Source: Octopus sinensis
Lineage: Eukaryota
DNA length: 64,000 nucleotides
Direction: 5' to 3'
Assembly: GCF_006345805.1 (NCBI RefSeq)
Contig: NC_043011.1
Span: 8,308,001-8,372,000, forward strand
Shown here piece after piece: positions 38,516-51,014 of this stretch (the first letter of the stretch is position 1; each line of letters begins with the position of its first letter). Below the pieces are notes generated by a model. That model saw only the letters and a list, made by a program, of their open reading frames with translations. It had not been told where the DNA came from and made no database searches. A program made the position numbers and the translations under genes.

Positions 38516-38614
38516 TTAAATTTATATGCTGAAGTGAATCTAACGGTTTCGTGTGTTTCTAAAATGGCTTATAAACACCTTCCACGCTGCAATTGTTATA
38601 TATATAGATGTGTG

Positions 38615-38687
<73 letters not shown>

Positions 38688-39557
38688 ATATAATTTATAA
38701 TTTACTTCCATCTTTACTTTTTAATTGTCACTTTAATTTTAACTTTCCTATTTTCAAGATGGTGTAATTTGGTTGTTCATCTTGAACCGATAAAAGGTTT
38801 TTTTTCAAATATTTTATGTATAAGTCTGTTCTGTGTATATATATGTAGTGGTATAAATATCAACATACAAAAGTTTTATTTTTCTTCTCCATTTCCTCCC
38901 TTATTTTTATTTTTATTTTCCCTTCTCTCTTTTTGTGGCTCTCCCCTTCTCCAAACACACAGACACACACACACGTACACAAACACACACGGACACACAG
39001 AGACACACATACACACCTCCACAAAACGATCATACAAAGTACAGGAGTTCTTAGACCCCAAATGGCATTTGACCATCCTCAAAATCATAAAATGTGTAAT
39101 TTATGGCCTGCCTACCCACCAACACACACTCAGTGACACCAAAATGGACAAAAAGCTAAAATTCTTAGAACTCCCTTGGTGGTCCAGCAGGCCAAAGGAA
39201 ATCCTTCTTCTTCTTCCCTCTCCCTTCCCCTCTTTCTCTTTAGCCTCAGATACAAACGCACACACACACACACACACCACACACACACACATATACACAT
39301 ACACACATGTTCTCTCTCTCACTTCCTCCTCATCCACTTCACCCTCTTGTACTGTCTTGTTCCTCCCCACCACTACGAAACTCTATAAAATGATTAAATT
39401 CCCCACAAAGGAATTAATTTGATTTGAAAACCCCACTAGAATGGGAGAAAGCGCTAATAATCTGAATGATATGATATATATATGTAAAAAATATAATATA
39501 TAAATAAATATCTATAAATATGAACCATCCGATCTTCTGATTACCTCATTTCTTCTA

Positions 39558-39611
<54 letters not shown>

Positions 39612-39613
<2 letters not shown>

Positions 39614-39810
39614 GAAAAGAATGGAGTCGAACGAAGATTTTAACAAAATTCCTTTACTTTCGACATATGTTTCGAAGACTGCATACTCTTAATTCCGAAG
39701 GAATGAAGGTTGCATTATGCCGTCTTCTCATCAGGAAATACAAGGAACCTCTATCAGCCTCAAGACGAACAAAAGCTTCTCTATTCTTTTCATTTATTCA
39801 TATAAAGAAA
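39612..39810 (-). mobile_element. PLE-terminus-like element carrying a canonical HHR
   Basis: Contains the HHR at 39658-39738 and ends in a long (TA)n; upstream boundary uncertain. Confidence 0.55.
39658..39738 (-). ncRNA. Canonical type I HHR
   Basis: UUUC-CUGAUGA-GAAGAC(42 nt)GUCUUC-GAAAC-AUAU-GUC-GAAA; all core residues intact, GUC triplet. Confidence 0.85.
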
Positions 39811-39942
39811 CACAAATTTCCACACCCGAACACGGGGTTCTGCACTTGACATGTAGCTTCAACCGTGTTTTACTGACGTGAATTTGCTACCCAGGTATCG
39901 ATTAACTGAATTATCCATACTAGGATAATTCATTCACCTACT

Positions 39943-39985
<43 letters not shown>

Positions 39986-40118
39986 CCAAGTGAGGAGATA
40001 GATAAATTGATACATATACATATATATTTACATATGCATATATGTATGTATGTACGTATGTATGTATGTATGTATTAATCTATCTCTATCCCTCTCTCTT
40101 TGTCTATCTATCTATCTA

Positions 40119-40160
<42 letters not shown>

Positions 40161-40195
40161 TATATATATATATTATATATATATATATATATATT

Positions 40196-40240
<45 letters not shown>

Positions 40241-40574
40241 TACATACAGAATATACACACACATATATATATGCATATATATGAATGTATGTATATATGT
40301 ATATATAATTTCCTAATAATGAACAATAGTGTAGAATCCATTGCTGAAACTACTTCCGAAATTCAGGGAGAGACAGACATACAGACACACAGAAACAGCG
40401 ACAGACAGACAGACTGACTGGCTGACAGAAATAATGAGTGAAAGAGAGGGAGAGAGAGAGAGAGGGAGTGATGACATGAAACACGTGATCAGATAGTTTT
40501 AGATCCAGCATCAACCGAAGGGAAAAGAGGACAATTTGTGCCTTTGTACAAATCTGTTTCTGAAGATGTGTGAC

Positions 40575-40810
40575 TGAGTATCCAGGGTGTTGAACTCGGG
40601 ATCTCGGGATCTCGGGATCACGGTTTCCGTTCCTAGAGCAAGAGGTGCGTTGTAGCCTTGCGCAAGGCACTTCATGTCACATTGTTCTCGGATTATTTCG
40701 ACTTCTAACGTGTAGCACACCCGAAAAGGCAACGTCTAATCGATGGCGTGAAGGAGATCACGTGTCGCACAAGCATTCGATCGCTATAAACAAATCATCT
40801 GCGTAGGTCC
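40575..40810 (+). mobile_element. Degenerate CORE-like SINE
   Basis: gcgttgtagccttgcgcaaggcacttcatgtcac resembles the family D central segment. Confidence 0.45.
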
Positions 40811-40844
40811 TTCTTCAAGTAATTGCGTCGCTGTGAAGGGTCTC

Positions 40845-41420
40845 AAGAGGTCGACTTTTGCTTTCATCTTTTCGGGGTCGAGAAATTAAGTACCAGTGGA
40901 ACACAGGGATCGATGAAATTAACTAGTCCCTTTTCCACAAAATTTCAGGCCTTGTGTCTTTAGTAAAAGATTATATTATTATTATTATTATTATTATTTT
41001 TATTTTTATTTTTATCATTATAATTATAATCATTATGTGATGAAAATTCGCATCTTATTTTGCCGGGTATGATGGAAAGTGTCAGCTGTCCACCGCCAGC
41101 AGACTAAGGTGACACATGTTTATTATTATCATCAACATTATTATTGTTGTTGTTGTTGTTGTTGTTATGATTATTATTGTTGTTGTTGTTGTTGTTGTTG
41201 TTATTATTATTATTGTTGTTGTTGTTGTAATCGTTAGCATGCCGGACAAAATACTTAGCATCATTTCGTCCCTCTTTATGTTCTAAGTGTAAATTCCCGC
41301 TAGATTGATATAGCCTTTTATTTTGGGGATCGATAAAATAACTACTGTTTGATTACTGGGGTCGATGTAATCATCATACCCCTAACCCGAAATTACTAGT
41401 CTTGTTTCAAAATTTGAATC
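40845..41420 (+). mobile_element. Two family C SINE fragments separated by (TTA/TTG)n
   Basis: ttcggggtcgagaaattaagtaccag and ggggatcgataaaata...ctggggtcgatgtaatc. Confidence 0.6.
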
Positions 41421-41459
41421 CAATACAAAAAAATCCCCGATATGTCGAGTCACTGTTAC

Positions 41460-41650
41460 GTAAGTTTTACCCGTTTAAGTAAATAATCTCTGTTAAGAAC
41501 AACTGCAGGGCCTGTACTAGAAATATAGCGCACTATAGGAGAGAGATGGATTGATGTTGTGTAAGTCTTACCCGTTTAAGTAAATCCCCCGTGTTAACAA
41601 CACTTGCAGGTTATATACTAGAAATATAGGGCACTATACGAAAGATATGG
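41460..41650. repeat. About 101-bp imperfect tandem duplication
   Basis: gtaag.t.ttacccgtttaagtaaat...actagaaatatag.gcactata occurs twice. Confidence 0.75.
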
Positions 41651-41753
41651 ACGGATAATATAGAGAGAGATGGAGAAACAACAAGCAGTGTAGGTGAAAG
41701 AACTGGAAATTATTGGCATCAATAAAAGGAATGAAACAGACATTCATGCTTAC

Positions 41754-41932
41754 CAGCAAACAGCACAAAAATCATACAATGGATTAATAAACAATACTGT
41801 AATAACAATTCTTCTACACATCGTAATGTTATATATAGTATCCAACATTACGATAGGTTACAGAGCTGGCGCACATACTGTATGTAAATTCTGATTTCTC
41901 AGAACCGTGTCACCATTACTGCATCAGCAACA
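41754..41932 (-). other. Candidate exon, possibly 5' UTR plus start
   Basis: Acceptor attttctccccattctag and donor G|gtaagc; early stops in all frames; non-repetitive. Confidence 0.25.
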
Positions 41933-42208
41933 CTAGAATGGGGAGAAAATATGATTAATATGATTTAAGTCAAATATACTCAACCACACAAACACACACA
42001 CATATACAATAATAAACACATCTACCCACGAAACAGAGCCGTGCACCTTTGTTTTCATACGAATCATATAAACCACTTCGCACATATGAACATGTTCCTA
42101 TGTTTGCATCAGAAGTAAGCAGTGAAGGTGTAAAGTGAAAAGCAAGGGACGTAACGCATTGTGAAGTTGAAAGCACGAAATAGCGTAAGAAGGTGAAGAA
42201 AGATGGGA

Positions 42209-42239
<31 letters not shown>

Positions 42240-42479
42240 AGAGGAGGCAGCAGTGAGTCTGGAGTTATGGTGATAGAAAATGAGAGGGAAGGGAAGATAG
42301 AGTGAGAAAGAGAGAGGAGCCAGGTGAGCTGGAAATAGATATAGGCAATAGGAAGTGAGATGAACCATGCAGAAGGAGAGAGTGCAAATGTAGAGGTAGA
42401 AAGTAGAGAGGGGATAAGAAGAGACTGTGAAGAGGGGCAAGATAAGGTGGTTGTGGTAGTGGTGGTAGTGCTGGCTTTC

Positions 42480-42965
42480 GTGTTGGTGATGGTAATCGTA
42501 GTGACTGCGATGATCCTGATGATGACGATGACGATGATGATGACGATGATGACGATGATGACGACGATGACAACGAAGATGATATTGATAATGATGATGA
42601 TTAGGGTGCTCATGATGATGATAATGATGGCAGCCGTGGTGATGGGGGGCGATAATGATGAAAGTTGATATGCATTGAACTTCAGGTAGTCCTGATTAAG
42701 CAGACTTAGGATGAAGACGATTCCAGCCACGACCATCATGGCGGAATGTCCCTACAACTAAATCAGTCAATTTAGTTCAAAATACCATCGGTCTTTAAGC
42801 TAATGGGCATAACTTCAGAAAAATTTGCTTGCTATTTCCAGCTGACCAAATGACCACGTGGAGACCACCTTCTTGGTATCCATGCTTGAAGTGGCAATAG
42901 TAATAGTAGTAGTAGAAACAGCAGCAGTAGCAGAAGTAGTAGTAGCAGCAGTAGTAGAAGTAGTT

Positions 42966-43001
<36 letters not shown>

Positions 43002-43140
43002 AGGTAATAGTAGTAGTAGTAGTAGTAGTAGTGGTAGTAGTAGAGGTAGTAGTAGCAGTAGTAGTAGAGGTAGTAGTAGTAGTAGTAGAGGTAGTGGTGG
43101 TGGTGGTGGTGGTGGTGGTGTGGTTGTTGCTGTTGCCGTT
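42480..43140. repeat. (GAT)n/(GTA)n/(GCA)n/(GTG)n trinucleotide-rich region
   Basis: Directly visible. Confidence 0.85.
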
Positions 43141-43680
43141 TTTGATGATGCAAATTAGGTTTAGCCATGCGTCAATACAGATGAAGCAGATTTTCATCAA
43201 AGTACATTCCTACCGTAGAACGGTCTTTATGTCGTCGTTGCCAACGCTGTAGTGGTATTCATAGTAACGATGGTCGTTGTAATATGGTCGGTAGTGCAAT
43301 AGTGTTGGCTGTGGTGAGAGTTGAGGTTTTCTGGTGAAAGAATGATTAGGCACAGTTGCTCTATCAAGAGACTTGAGTATGTGTATGAAACCAGGAGTGT
43401 GTGTGTGTGTGACAAAAATTTTACAAAACAACAAACAGAAATATTACAAAAACATAACAAACAGAAAATTTGTAGCTTATTTCTCATCAGTCAACCTCCA
43501 TAAAATCATTACAATTTCGCGCTTTTAACCTTCATATTGTTCACTTCTGATGGTGCCAGTTGCGCAAAGCAATATGGAATAGCAAACGAATGCACAATGT
43601 ACAGGACAATGATGAAGTCAAACACGACAAAATAAAACGTATGCGGCCGCAAGATGGATTGAGATGTATATATGTATATG

Positions 43681-43725
<45 letters not shown>

Positions 43726-43743
43726 TGTGTGTGTGTGTGTTGT

Positions 43744-43787
<44 letters not shown>

Positions 43788-43811
43788 TTAGAGAAAAACC
43801 TGTATTAAAAA

Positions 43812-44040
43812 ATTCAATAGTGAAAGACGTTATTTACACCATATAGAAAGACTTTAATATACTATAGAAAACATTATTCTAAAAATCAATAGAGTACATA
43901 AACAATAAACAGTAAATAGATTTCGCGCGTTTCGTGGCTATATTTTCAAATAGATAACAATAATAAAATCAATTTGAATAAAACTAAATCGATCTAAAAT
44001 TAATTCTATTTACAAGTATATTCACTCATCAGGTCTATAA

Positions 44041-44101
<61 letters not shown>

Positions 44102-44335
44102 TAAATAATATAATAAATGTACGAATCTTAACTTATAAATTAACTAATTTTAGATCGATTTGGTTTTAATGGAATTGAGTTTAAAATTGTTATCTATTTG
44201 AAAATATAGCCACGAAACGCGCGTAGTCTATTTACTATTTATTGTTTATGTACACAATTGATTTTTAAAATAATGTTTTCTATAGTATATTTAACTCTTT
44301 CTATATGGTGTGAAAAACGTCTTTCAATATTGAAT
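43812..44335. mobile_element. Foldback element, about 200-bp arms around (TAA)n
   Basis: cgcgcgtttcgtggctatattttcaaatagataac versus gttatctatttgaaaatatagccacgaaacgcgcg. Confidence 0.8.
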
Positions 44336-44523
44336 CGTTTAATAGAGGTTTTCCTCCAAATTTTATGCATATATTAAATATTGTGAAATTTGATTTAGAA
44401 TTGCTAAATTGAATTCTTCCCTGTAAGTTTGGAATTATATTCCCTATTATTATCATTATTATTATTATTAATATTATTATTATTATTATTTATATTTTTT
44501 ATATTATTATTATTATTATTATT

Positions 44524-47385
44524 CTATGTTTGACTTTTGCTTTTATATTTGTACAAGTTGGCTCCAAGTCTCACCCAGAGACCTCAAGAGACAACGGGGT
44601 TGGAAGTTCATGTTGTTGTTATGCCTAGTGTGCCATATATTTGGGGGGTGGGGATGTGTGTACTAATGAATGTCTAAAAAAAAAAAAGTTTTTTTTTTTT
44701 TTTTTTAAACCGAAAATTATATGGTTGTTTTAAACCTTGAGGTTACATAGAGAGTATTTTGCGTAGGATATGAGCAGTTCCCATGAGCACTATCTTTTTG
44801 AACTTCTGCCATTTTTTGGGTTTCCTGGTATCTGAGTTTAGGTAGCTATCAGCCCCTTTGCTATCATTCCCAGGGCACCTATGACAACAGGTATTGTTTA
44901 GTCTTCAGCTTCCACATTTTGCTGATTTCTATTTCAAGATCTTTATATTTGCTCAGTTTTGTGGTAGGTCCTGACAGATACGTTTATATCGATTGGGACA
45001 GTCATATCAATGAGGAGGCATGTTCTTTGTTTGAAGTCTTTCAATATGATGTCTGGCCTAACTATTTGCATCTATCTTCCTGTCAGTTTGAATGGTGAAG
45101 TTCAGAGGAGTGAGATGTGGTCATTTTCAAGCACTGGGGGTGGTTTGTGTTCCCACCAGTTTTTTCATGGGGCAAATCCAGGTTTTTACAGATTACCCAG
45201 TGAATATATTGTGCAGCTCTATCGTGCCTGTTGAGATACTCTGTAGGCGCTAGAAGACTGCACTTGGAGACCACATGGTCAATGGTTTCATTTTGTTGCT
45301 TGCATACACGACACGTTGGACTGCTTCTGATCTTTAATATGTTGGCCTGGTAGTTCTTGTTGGTAGGCATTGATCTTGAGCTGCTATGATAAAACCCTCT
45401 GTTTCAGATTTTAAGCCAGAGGCCATTAGCCATTGATGGGTCAGGGCTTTGTCGATATCTGCATTATTCGCTCTCTTTGGTATTTGCCATAGAGAGGTTT
45501 TCTTTGCCATTTATTATTCAGAATATCTAAGGCCGCAGTTTTGGCACGGGTTTTCATGCGCCTAGCTTTTTCTTTTGTGCTTGTTTCTTGTATGTCTATC
45601 TCTAATTCCGAAATTGGTTGTATTCGGAATTCACTTAGATATTCCTTTGCCTGTTTTGTGACTGAGTATGATGCTTTCTTGTTTTCATGTTTTGAGACAA
45701 GTTTTAACATCCAGTCCTCAGAGTTTTTCAGGTAGGTTCTAGGCCAATTGTAGCAATCTTCATTGTTATTGCCAGTTGCAAAAGACCACGGCCTCCCTCT
45801 TTTTCTTGGCAGATAGAGTCGTTCTGTATCTGCCTTAGGGTGGTGCATTCTATGCATTGTCAACAGTTTCCTTATTTTTCTGTCGAGCTGACATATTTCA
45901 GTAATTGACCAGTTAACAATATTGAAACTGTAAGTCACGACTGGTATAGCTAATGCATTGATTGCTTCGATCCTGTTTCTTGCATTCAGCTCTGTCTTGA
46001 GTATTGCTCTCACTCTTCGATAGCATTCTCTCCTGATCCTTTCCTTCATCTCTGAATGCCTTATTCCGTTCCCTCAACTACCCCTAGGTACTTGTAGCTC
46101 TCCGCTGGGTCTAGTTCTTTTATGACATTCTGTTGGTCAAGGTTAACGTTAGATGTTTCTGTCATTTTCCTTTGATAAAGGTAGCCTTTGCACATTTATC
46201 GAGGCCGAATTGCATTCTGATGTCGTCACTGAATTGTTTGACTATCGCTAGTAAGCCCTTGAGTTGTTGATCATTTTTTGCAAAAAGCTTTAAATCATCC
46301 ATGTAAACGAGATGATTATATTTTTATCAAACATTTTATACCCGTACTGCGCGTCATTGAGCAGCTTTGAGAGAGGTATTAAGGATAAACAAAAGAGGAG
46401 TGGTGACAGTGAGTCACCCTGGAAAATGCCACACGAAATTTTTACATCACCAGCATTTAGGGATTCACTGTCACTGTTCAGAGTTAGTGTGGTTCTCCAT
46501 GATCTCATACTTACAGTCAGAAGTTTCGCAGAGTTGGTGCTATCTTATACATTTCAAGGCATTTCCTAATCCAGCTATGTGGTAGGCTATCAAAAGCCTT
46601 TTTATAGTCTATCCAGGCTATTGATAAGTTTTTGTTTCGTTTGTGACAATCTTCTAAGATCATCTTATTGATGAGTAGTTGGTCTTTACAGCCGTAGGAT
46701 CCACGTTTACATCCTTTCTGTTCATTAGGGAATATGCTGCTGTCTGTTAAAAACTATAGGTATATTCCGTCAGGACAGATGTTAGTGTTTTGTACATAGT
46801 TGTTAAGCAGGTTATGGGTCTATAGTTTTTGGTTCATTGTTTCTTCTTCACTTTTGGAAGCAGGAATGTTACCCATTAACAGCCAAGGAGGCATCCTACT
46901 AGGGTGTTGCAAAACATCATTGTACAGTTCTGTTAGCAGTTCATGGCTCTCTGGGAAGGCATTCAGCCAGAAGTTAGAAATTTTATCCTTTCCTGGAGAC
47001 TCCATTTGCTTGACCTCCTGAGAGCAGATCTTATATCTTCTACTTGACATTGACACCTCTCCACTTTCTCTTCTAAGGGGTCCAGTTCTGTTAGATATTC
47101 TGTCAATCCAGGGGGCCTTTTCGTTGTGTGTTTTTTCTTCTGCCAGATTTTATTCCAAAATCTCTGCACTTCTTTCTTTGATGGTACAGACCCTGCAGTA
47201 AACGCTGTTTTTCCTATCTTCCTGTAAAAATTCTTGGTGTTATTTTTGAACATGTTGTCCTTGAAAAATCTAACACGCTTTTCATACCTCGCTATGCGGG
47301 CAGCTTTGGCAGATACCTTTTGTTTGATGGTTTCTATGGTGGCATCAATATCAAGTATAGTTTTCATATTGTATTTTTTCAGTAA
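44524..47385 (-). mobile_element. R4/Dong non-LTR retrotransposon, 5'-truncated, second subfamily
   Basis: GIFQGDSLSPLLFCLSLIPL; RVRAILKTELNARNRIEAIN..HHPKAD.ERLYLPRK; CRVCKQQNETIDHVVSKC..RHD; (TAT)n on both flanks. Confidence 0.9.
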
Positions 47386-47406
47386 TTTTTATTATTATTA
47401 TTATTA

Positions 47407-47472
<66 letters not shown>

Positions 47473-47539
47473 TATTATTATATATGTGGACAAGGTATAT
47501 ATATACATATACATACATATATATATATATATGTATGTA

Positions 47540-47755
47540 TATGTATATATTGGAAGAATTCACAAAAAAAACAAAAGACAAAGACTGGTGGTGTAGACAA
47601 CAAACAGATGTATTAGTATAACGCTCGGGAAGTATAAAAGTCTTTAACTTTTCGAGGCTACGCTCTTCCAGAGAAAGGAACACAGAAAGAGACAAGGAGA
47701 GCAAATAAAGAGAGAAAATAAAGAATGTGTAGTGGTTAGCGATCTATCATGGTGA
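47540..47755 (-). mobile_element. Penelope-like element 3' terminus with HHR-like motif
   Basis: Minus strand ctctggaagagcgtagcctcgaaaagttaaagac; homologous to 6890-7070. Confidence 0.75.
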
Positions 47756-47778
47756 ATATATATATATATGTATATATA

Positions 47779-49110
47779 CGAGAGAAAGAAGCAACAAGAA
47801 TGGATAGGTTTTTAGTACAATCGTTTCATACAAGGACAGGTTTATTAAAAGTTGTAAAAATTACAGCATATAAACGTGCATATAATATGATTATCTTCAT
47901 TATGATAGACAATCCCCTAACACCTTGTAAATGATCTTCTAAGATTTGACCTGTAGTCCGTCAATGTATGAATAATAACGGCAACTCCTTAAGACAATAA
48001 AATGAATAAATTAAATAAGTAAGTTTTATTGACTTTTTGATAAGATTATACTTAGATTTTCCTAATGTATTTTCTTTTGATTTTAGCATCTGACCCCTAA
48101 ACCCCTGACTGTGTTATCTCTTAGATTCTCTTTAATTCATAGCTGATTTCAACAGCAATAAATTAGCTGTTTTACTGGCCAAAATAATATTCTCCTCTAG
48201 TTCCTAGATGCCTGTAAATTAAAACCAGACTTGCCGTCTACTAATTCGTCTGTATAACTAGAACCCTCTTTTTTATTTTTATTTTTTCCTTCTTTCCTTT
48301 CTTTCTCTTTTCTTTTTTCTCTTTTTCTGTTTCTTCTTCTTATCTCTTTTTCCTTTTCTCTCTCTTTTAGTCCCCTCCCCCCCCCTTTTTGCTCCCTCCT
48401 CCTCCTTATTTTCTCTCTTTTCTTCTATTCCCTTCCCTTTCTATTCTTGGCCTCTCTAGAAAGCCCTTCAGCTTTTAAAAGTTAAATAGCTACAGCCTCT
48501 TGTAAATAGCAGTAATGTGATTAATGTAGCAAATACCTAATCATATAACAAGTTTTGATACCTACCTCATTGTGTTCAACCATGATAAATTTATCGCCTG
48601 TGAATATGAAATTCCTCTTCATTTCCTCTGGAAACTTACATCTACACCATTGGAAATTGTGCATCTATACAAAGGATTAATTCACCCTCTCTGTAATGCT
48701 AATAAGCAGGAATTGAGACCCCTCGTTGTGATTAACAATGGATAATTTGTCTTCTGTGAGTATGTATAATCCCTCATCATATCTCTGGAAATTCATATGT
48801 GCTCTATGGATTAGGTCACACCTTCTCTGTGATGCTATTAGAACTTTTTTAAAAATCTTTGATAAGACTGTACATCATCTTTAAAGAACTTTAATGAACT
48901 TTGGAATCTGTTTATGTTTTACTTAATTATCTACATTACTTCATGAGTATAGCCTCAACCACTAGGATGCCTAGAGAACTCACATGTATTTTAGCTGATG
49001 AGTACGGGACACGTTTATATGCTGTAATTTTTACAACTTTTAATAAAGCCTGTCCTTGTATGAAACGATTGTACTAAAAACCTATCCATTCTTGTTGCTT
49101 CTTTCTCGCT
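47779..49110. mobile_element. About 1.3-kb element bounded by about 100-bp inverted repeats
   Basis: 47779-47878 is near-identical to the reverse complement of 49010-49109; related copy near 55270-55450. Confidence 0.7.
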
Positions 49111-49297
49111 TATAATCACCCCACATTACTGTATTGTTAAAACAGTATAGTTTTCTTTTGGTGCATCTAAGTTAGGTACCATATTCAAGTAAATTCATTT
49201 AAATTAACTTGAATCTTTATTGCTTTTTGTATATGTATATATATATATACTCACACATAACACACGCACATATAGACATACATACACACACACACAC

Positions 49298-49341
<44 letters not shown>

Positions 49342-49342
49342 T

Positions 49343-49863
49343 ATATAAAATCCGTTCTGTGTGTGTCTTGTAGGATCACGGGCAGCCTCCATCCGATTGC
49401 GCTCAAATTTGATATGTAGATACCGAGAGCATCTATGACAAAAATTGATTCTAGGTGAGATTGCGATCGATAAAACCGTGGGAACGTGCATTTGTACGCG
49501 CAAGTACATCAGCTGTTGCAATTGATACTCTATGCCTACGCGAGAAAAATGCATGTGCAGTTTTCGCAAAAGAAAAGCCGGCTGGCTTGAAACAATGCCA
49601 CAAAATACAGTATATTTAAGAGACCCAAAAAGTAAGATGCAAAAGAGATATTTTCTTCAAACCTGGCAGGAAGGAAGGAAAGACTATTTGGTTTCTCAAG
49701 AAGTTTTTTTTTTTTTTTTGCCTCAACTTCGTTTAACAAAACCAAAAATGTTATTCAAATAAAGGCATGCTTAATTGTTTTTTAATGAAAACAAAATACT
49801 GATGATTTTTATTCAGCATATATGATTCAGCACCGTCCATTGGACCGGGGGGGGGCTTTTGCT

Positions 49864-49865
<2 letters not shown>
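49343..49865 (+). mobile_element. Non-autonomous Helitron-like element
   Basis: Starts out of (TA)n, contains ccgattgcgctcaaatttg; ends with a gtcc-att-ggac hairpin and CTTG then T (not CTAG). Confidence 0.5.
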
Positions 49866-49903
<38 letters not shown>

Positions 49904-50154
49904 TATATATAATAATATTATTTGAGGGAATAAAATCTAAACTTACAAGGAAAAAGAATTCAATTTAGAAATACTAAATCAAATTCCACACATTAATATA
50001 TATAAAATATATATTATATTTACTTTTTAATTGTTATTTTAATTTTAACTTTTCTATTATATGTAATTTTCCAGATGGTGTAATTTAATTATTCATTTTG
50101 AATTGATAATAGGTGATTTTTTCTAATATTTTATATATATATATATATATGCAT

Positions 50155-50590
50155 TTATGTGGCTGTGTAGTAAGGAGCTTGCTTCTCAACCACGTGGTTC
50201 TGGGTTCAGTCCTACTGCATGGCACCTTTACCAAGTGTGTCTGCTACCCTAGACTCGGGCCCCACCACAGACTTGTGAGTGGATCTGGTACACAGAACCA
50301 GAAATAATACATATGTACGTGCGTGCGTATGTGCGTGTGTGCATGTATATTTGTGTGTTTGAGTACGTGTGTCTGTTTATATGTGTGCGCATGTCTGTGC
50401 GAACGTGTGGGGGTGGGGGTTCCCACATCAGCATTGACAACAAGTGATGGCGTGTTTATGTCCCCGTAACCTAGCATTTCGGTAAAACGAACAGACAGAA
50501 TAAGTCCCAGGCTATTAAGACTAAAATACTTCAAGATGGTGCCCCAGCACGGCCGCATTTTAATGACTCAAGCAAGTAAACGAATAAACA
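50155..50590 (+). mobile_element. SINE family A
   Basis: Head, internal (TG)-rich tract and tail present. Confidence 0.75.
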
Positions 50591-50639
50591 CACATACACA
50601 TACACACACACACATGCACACGCACACTAAAACATATAT

Positions 50640-51000
50640 TTCTTCATTGCACACAAGGAGCTAAACATAGAGGGGACAAACAAGGAAAGACAAAGGGATT
50701 AAGTCGATTATATCGAACCCAGTGCGAAACTGGTACTTTATTTATCGACCCCGAAAGGATGAAAGGCAAAGTCGACTTCGGTGGAATTTGAACTCAGAAC
50801 GTAACGACAGACGAAATACCTATTTCTTTAGTGCCCAGAAGGGGCTACACACAGAGAGAACAAACAAGGACAGACAAACGGATTAAGTCGATTATATCGA
50901 ACCCAATGCGTAACTAGTAAAGGCAAAGTTGACGGAATACCGCTAAGCATTTCGCTCGGCGTGCTAACATTTCTGCCAGCTCGCCATCTTCTTATAATGT
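50640..51000 (-). mobile_element. Family C SINE with partial tandem duplication
   Basis: Repeated ggattaagtcgattatatcgaaccca; same structure at 58310-58712. Confidence 0.75.
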
Positions 51001-51014
51001 TTATTTTTGTATAT

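Larger units (their letters stand above)
38295..38600. mobile_element. Near-perfect palindromic element with two variant HHRs
   Basis: Symmetry centre 38455; core palindrome 38387-38523; outer imperfect arms; (TA)n on both sides. Confidence 0.9.

Noticed and set aside
42098-42739. Signal-peptide-like ORF MMVVAGIVFILSLL with Kozak context
   Set aside because: Runs directly into trinucleotide and CT repeats; no other support
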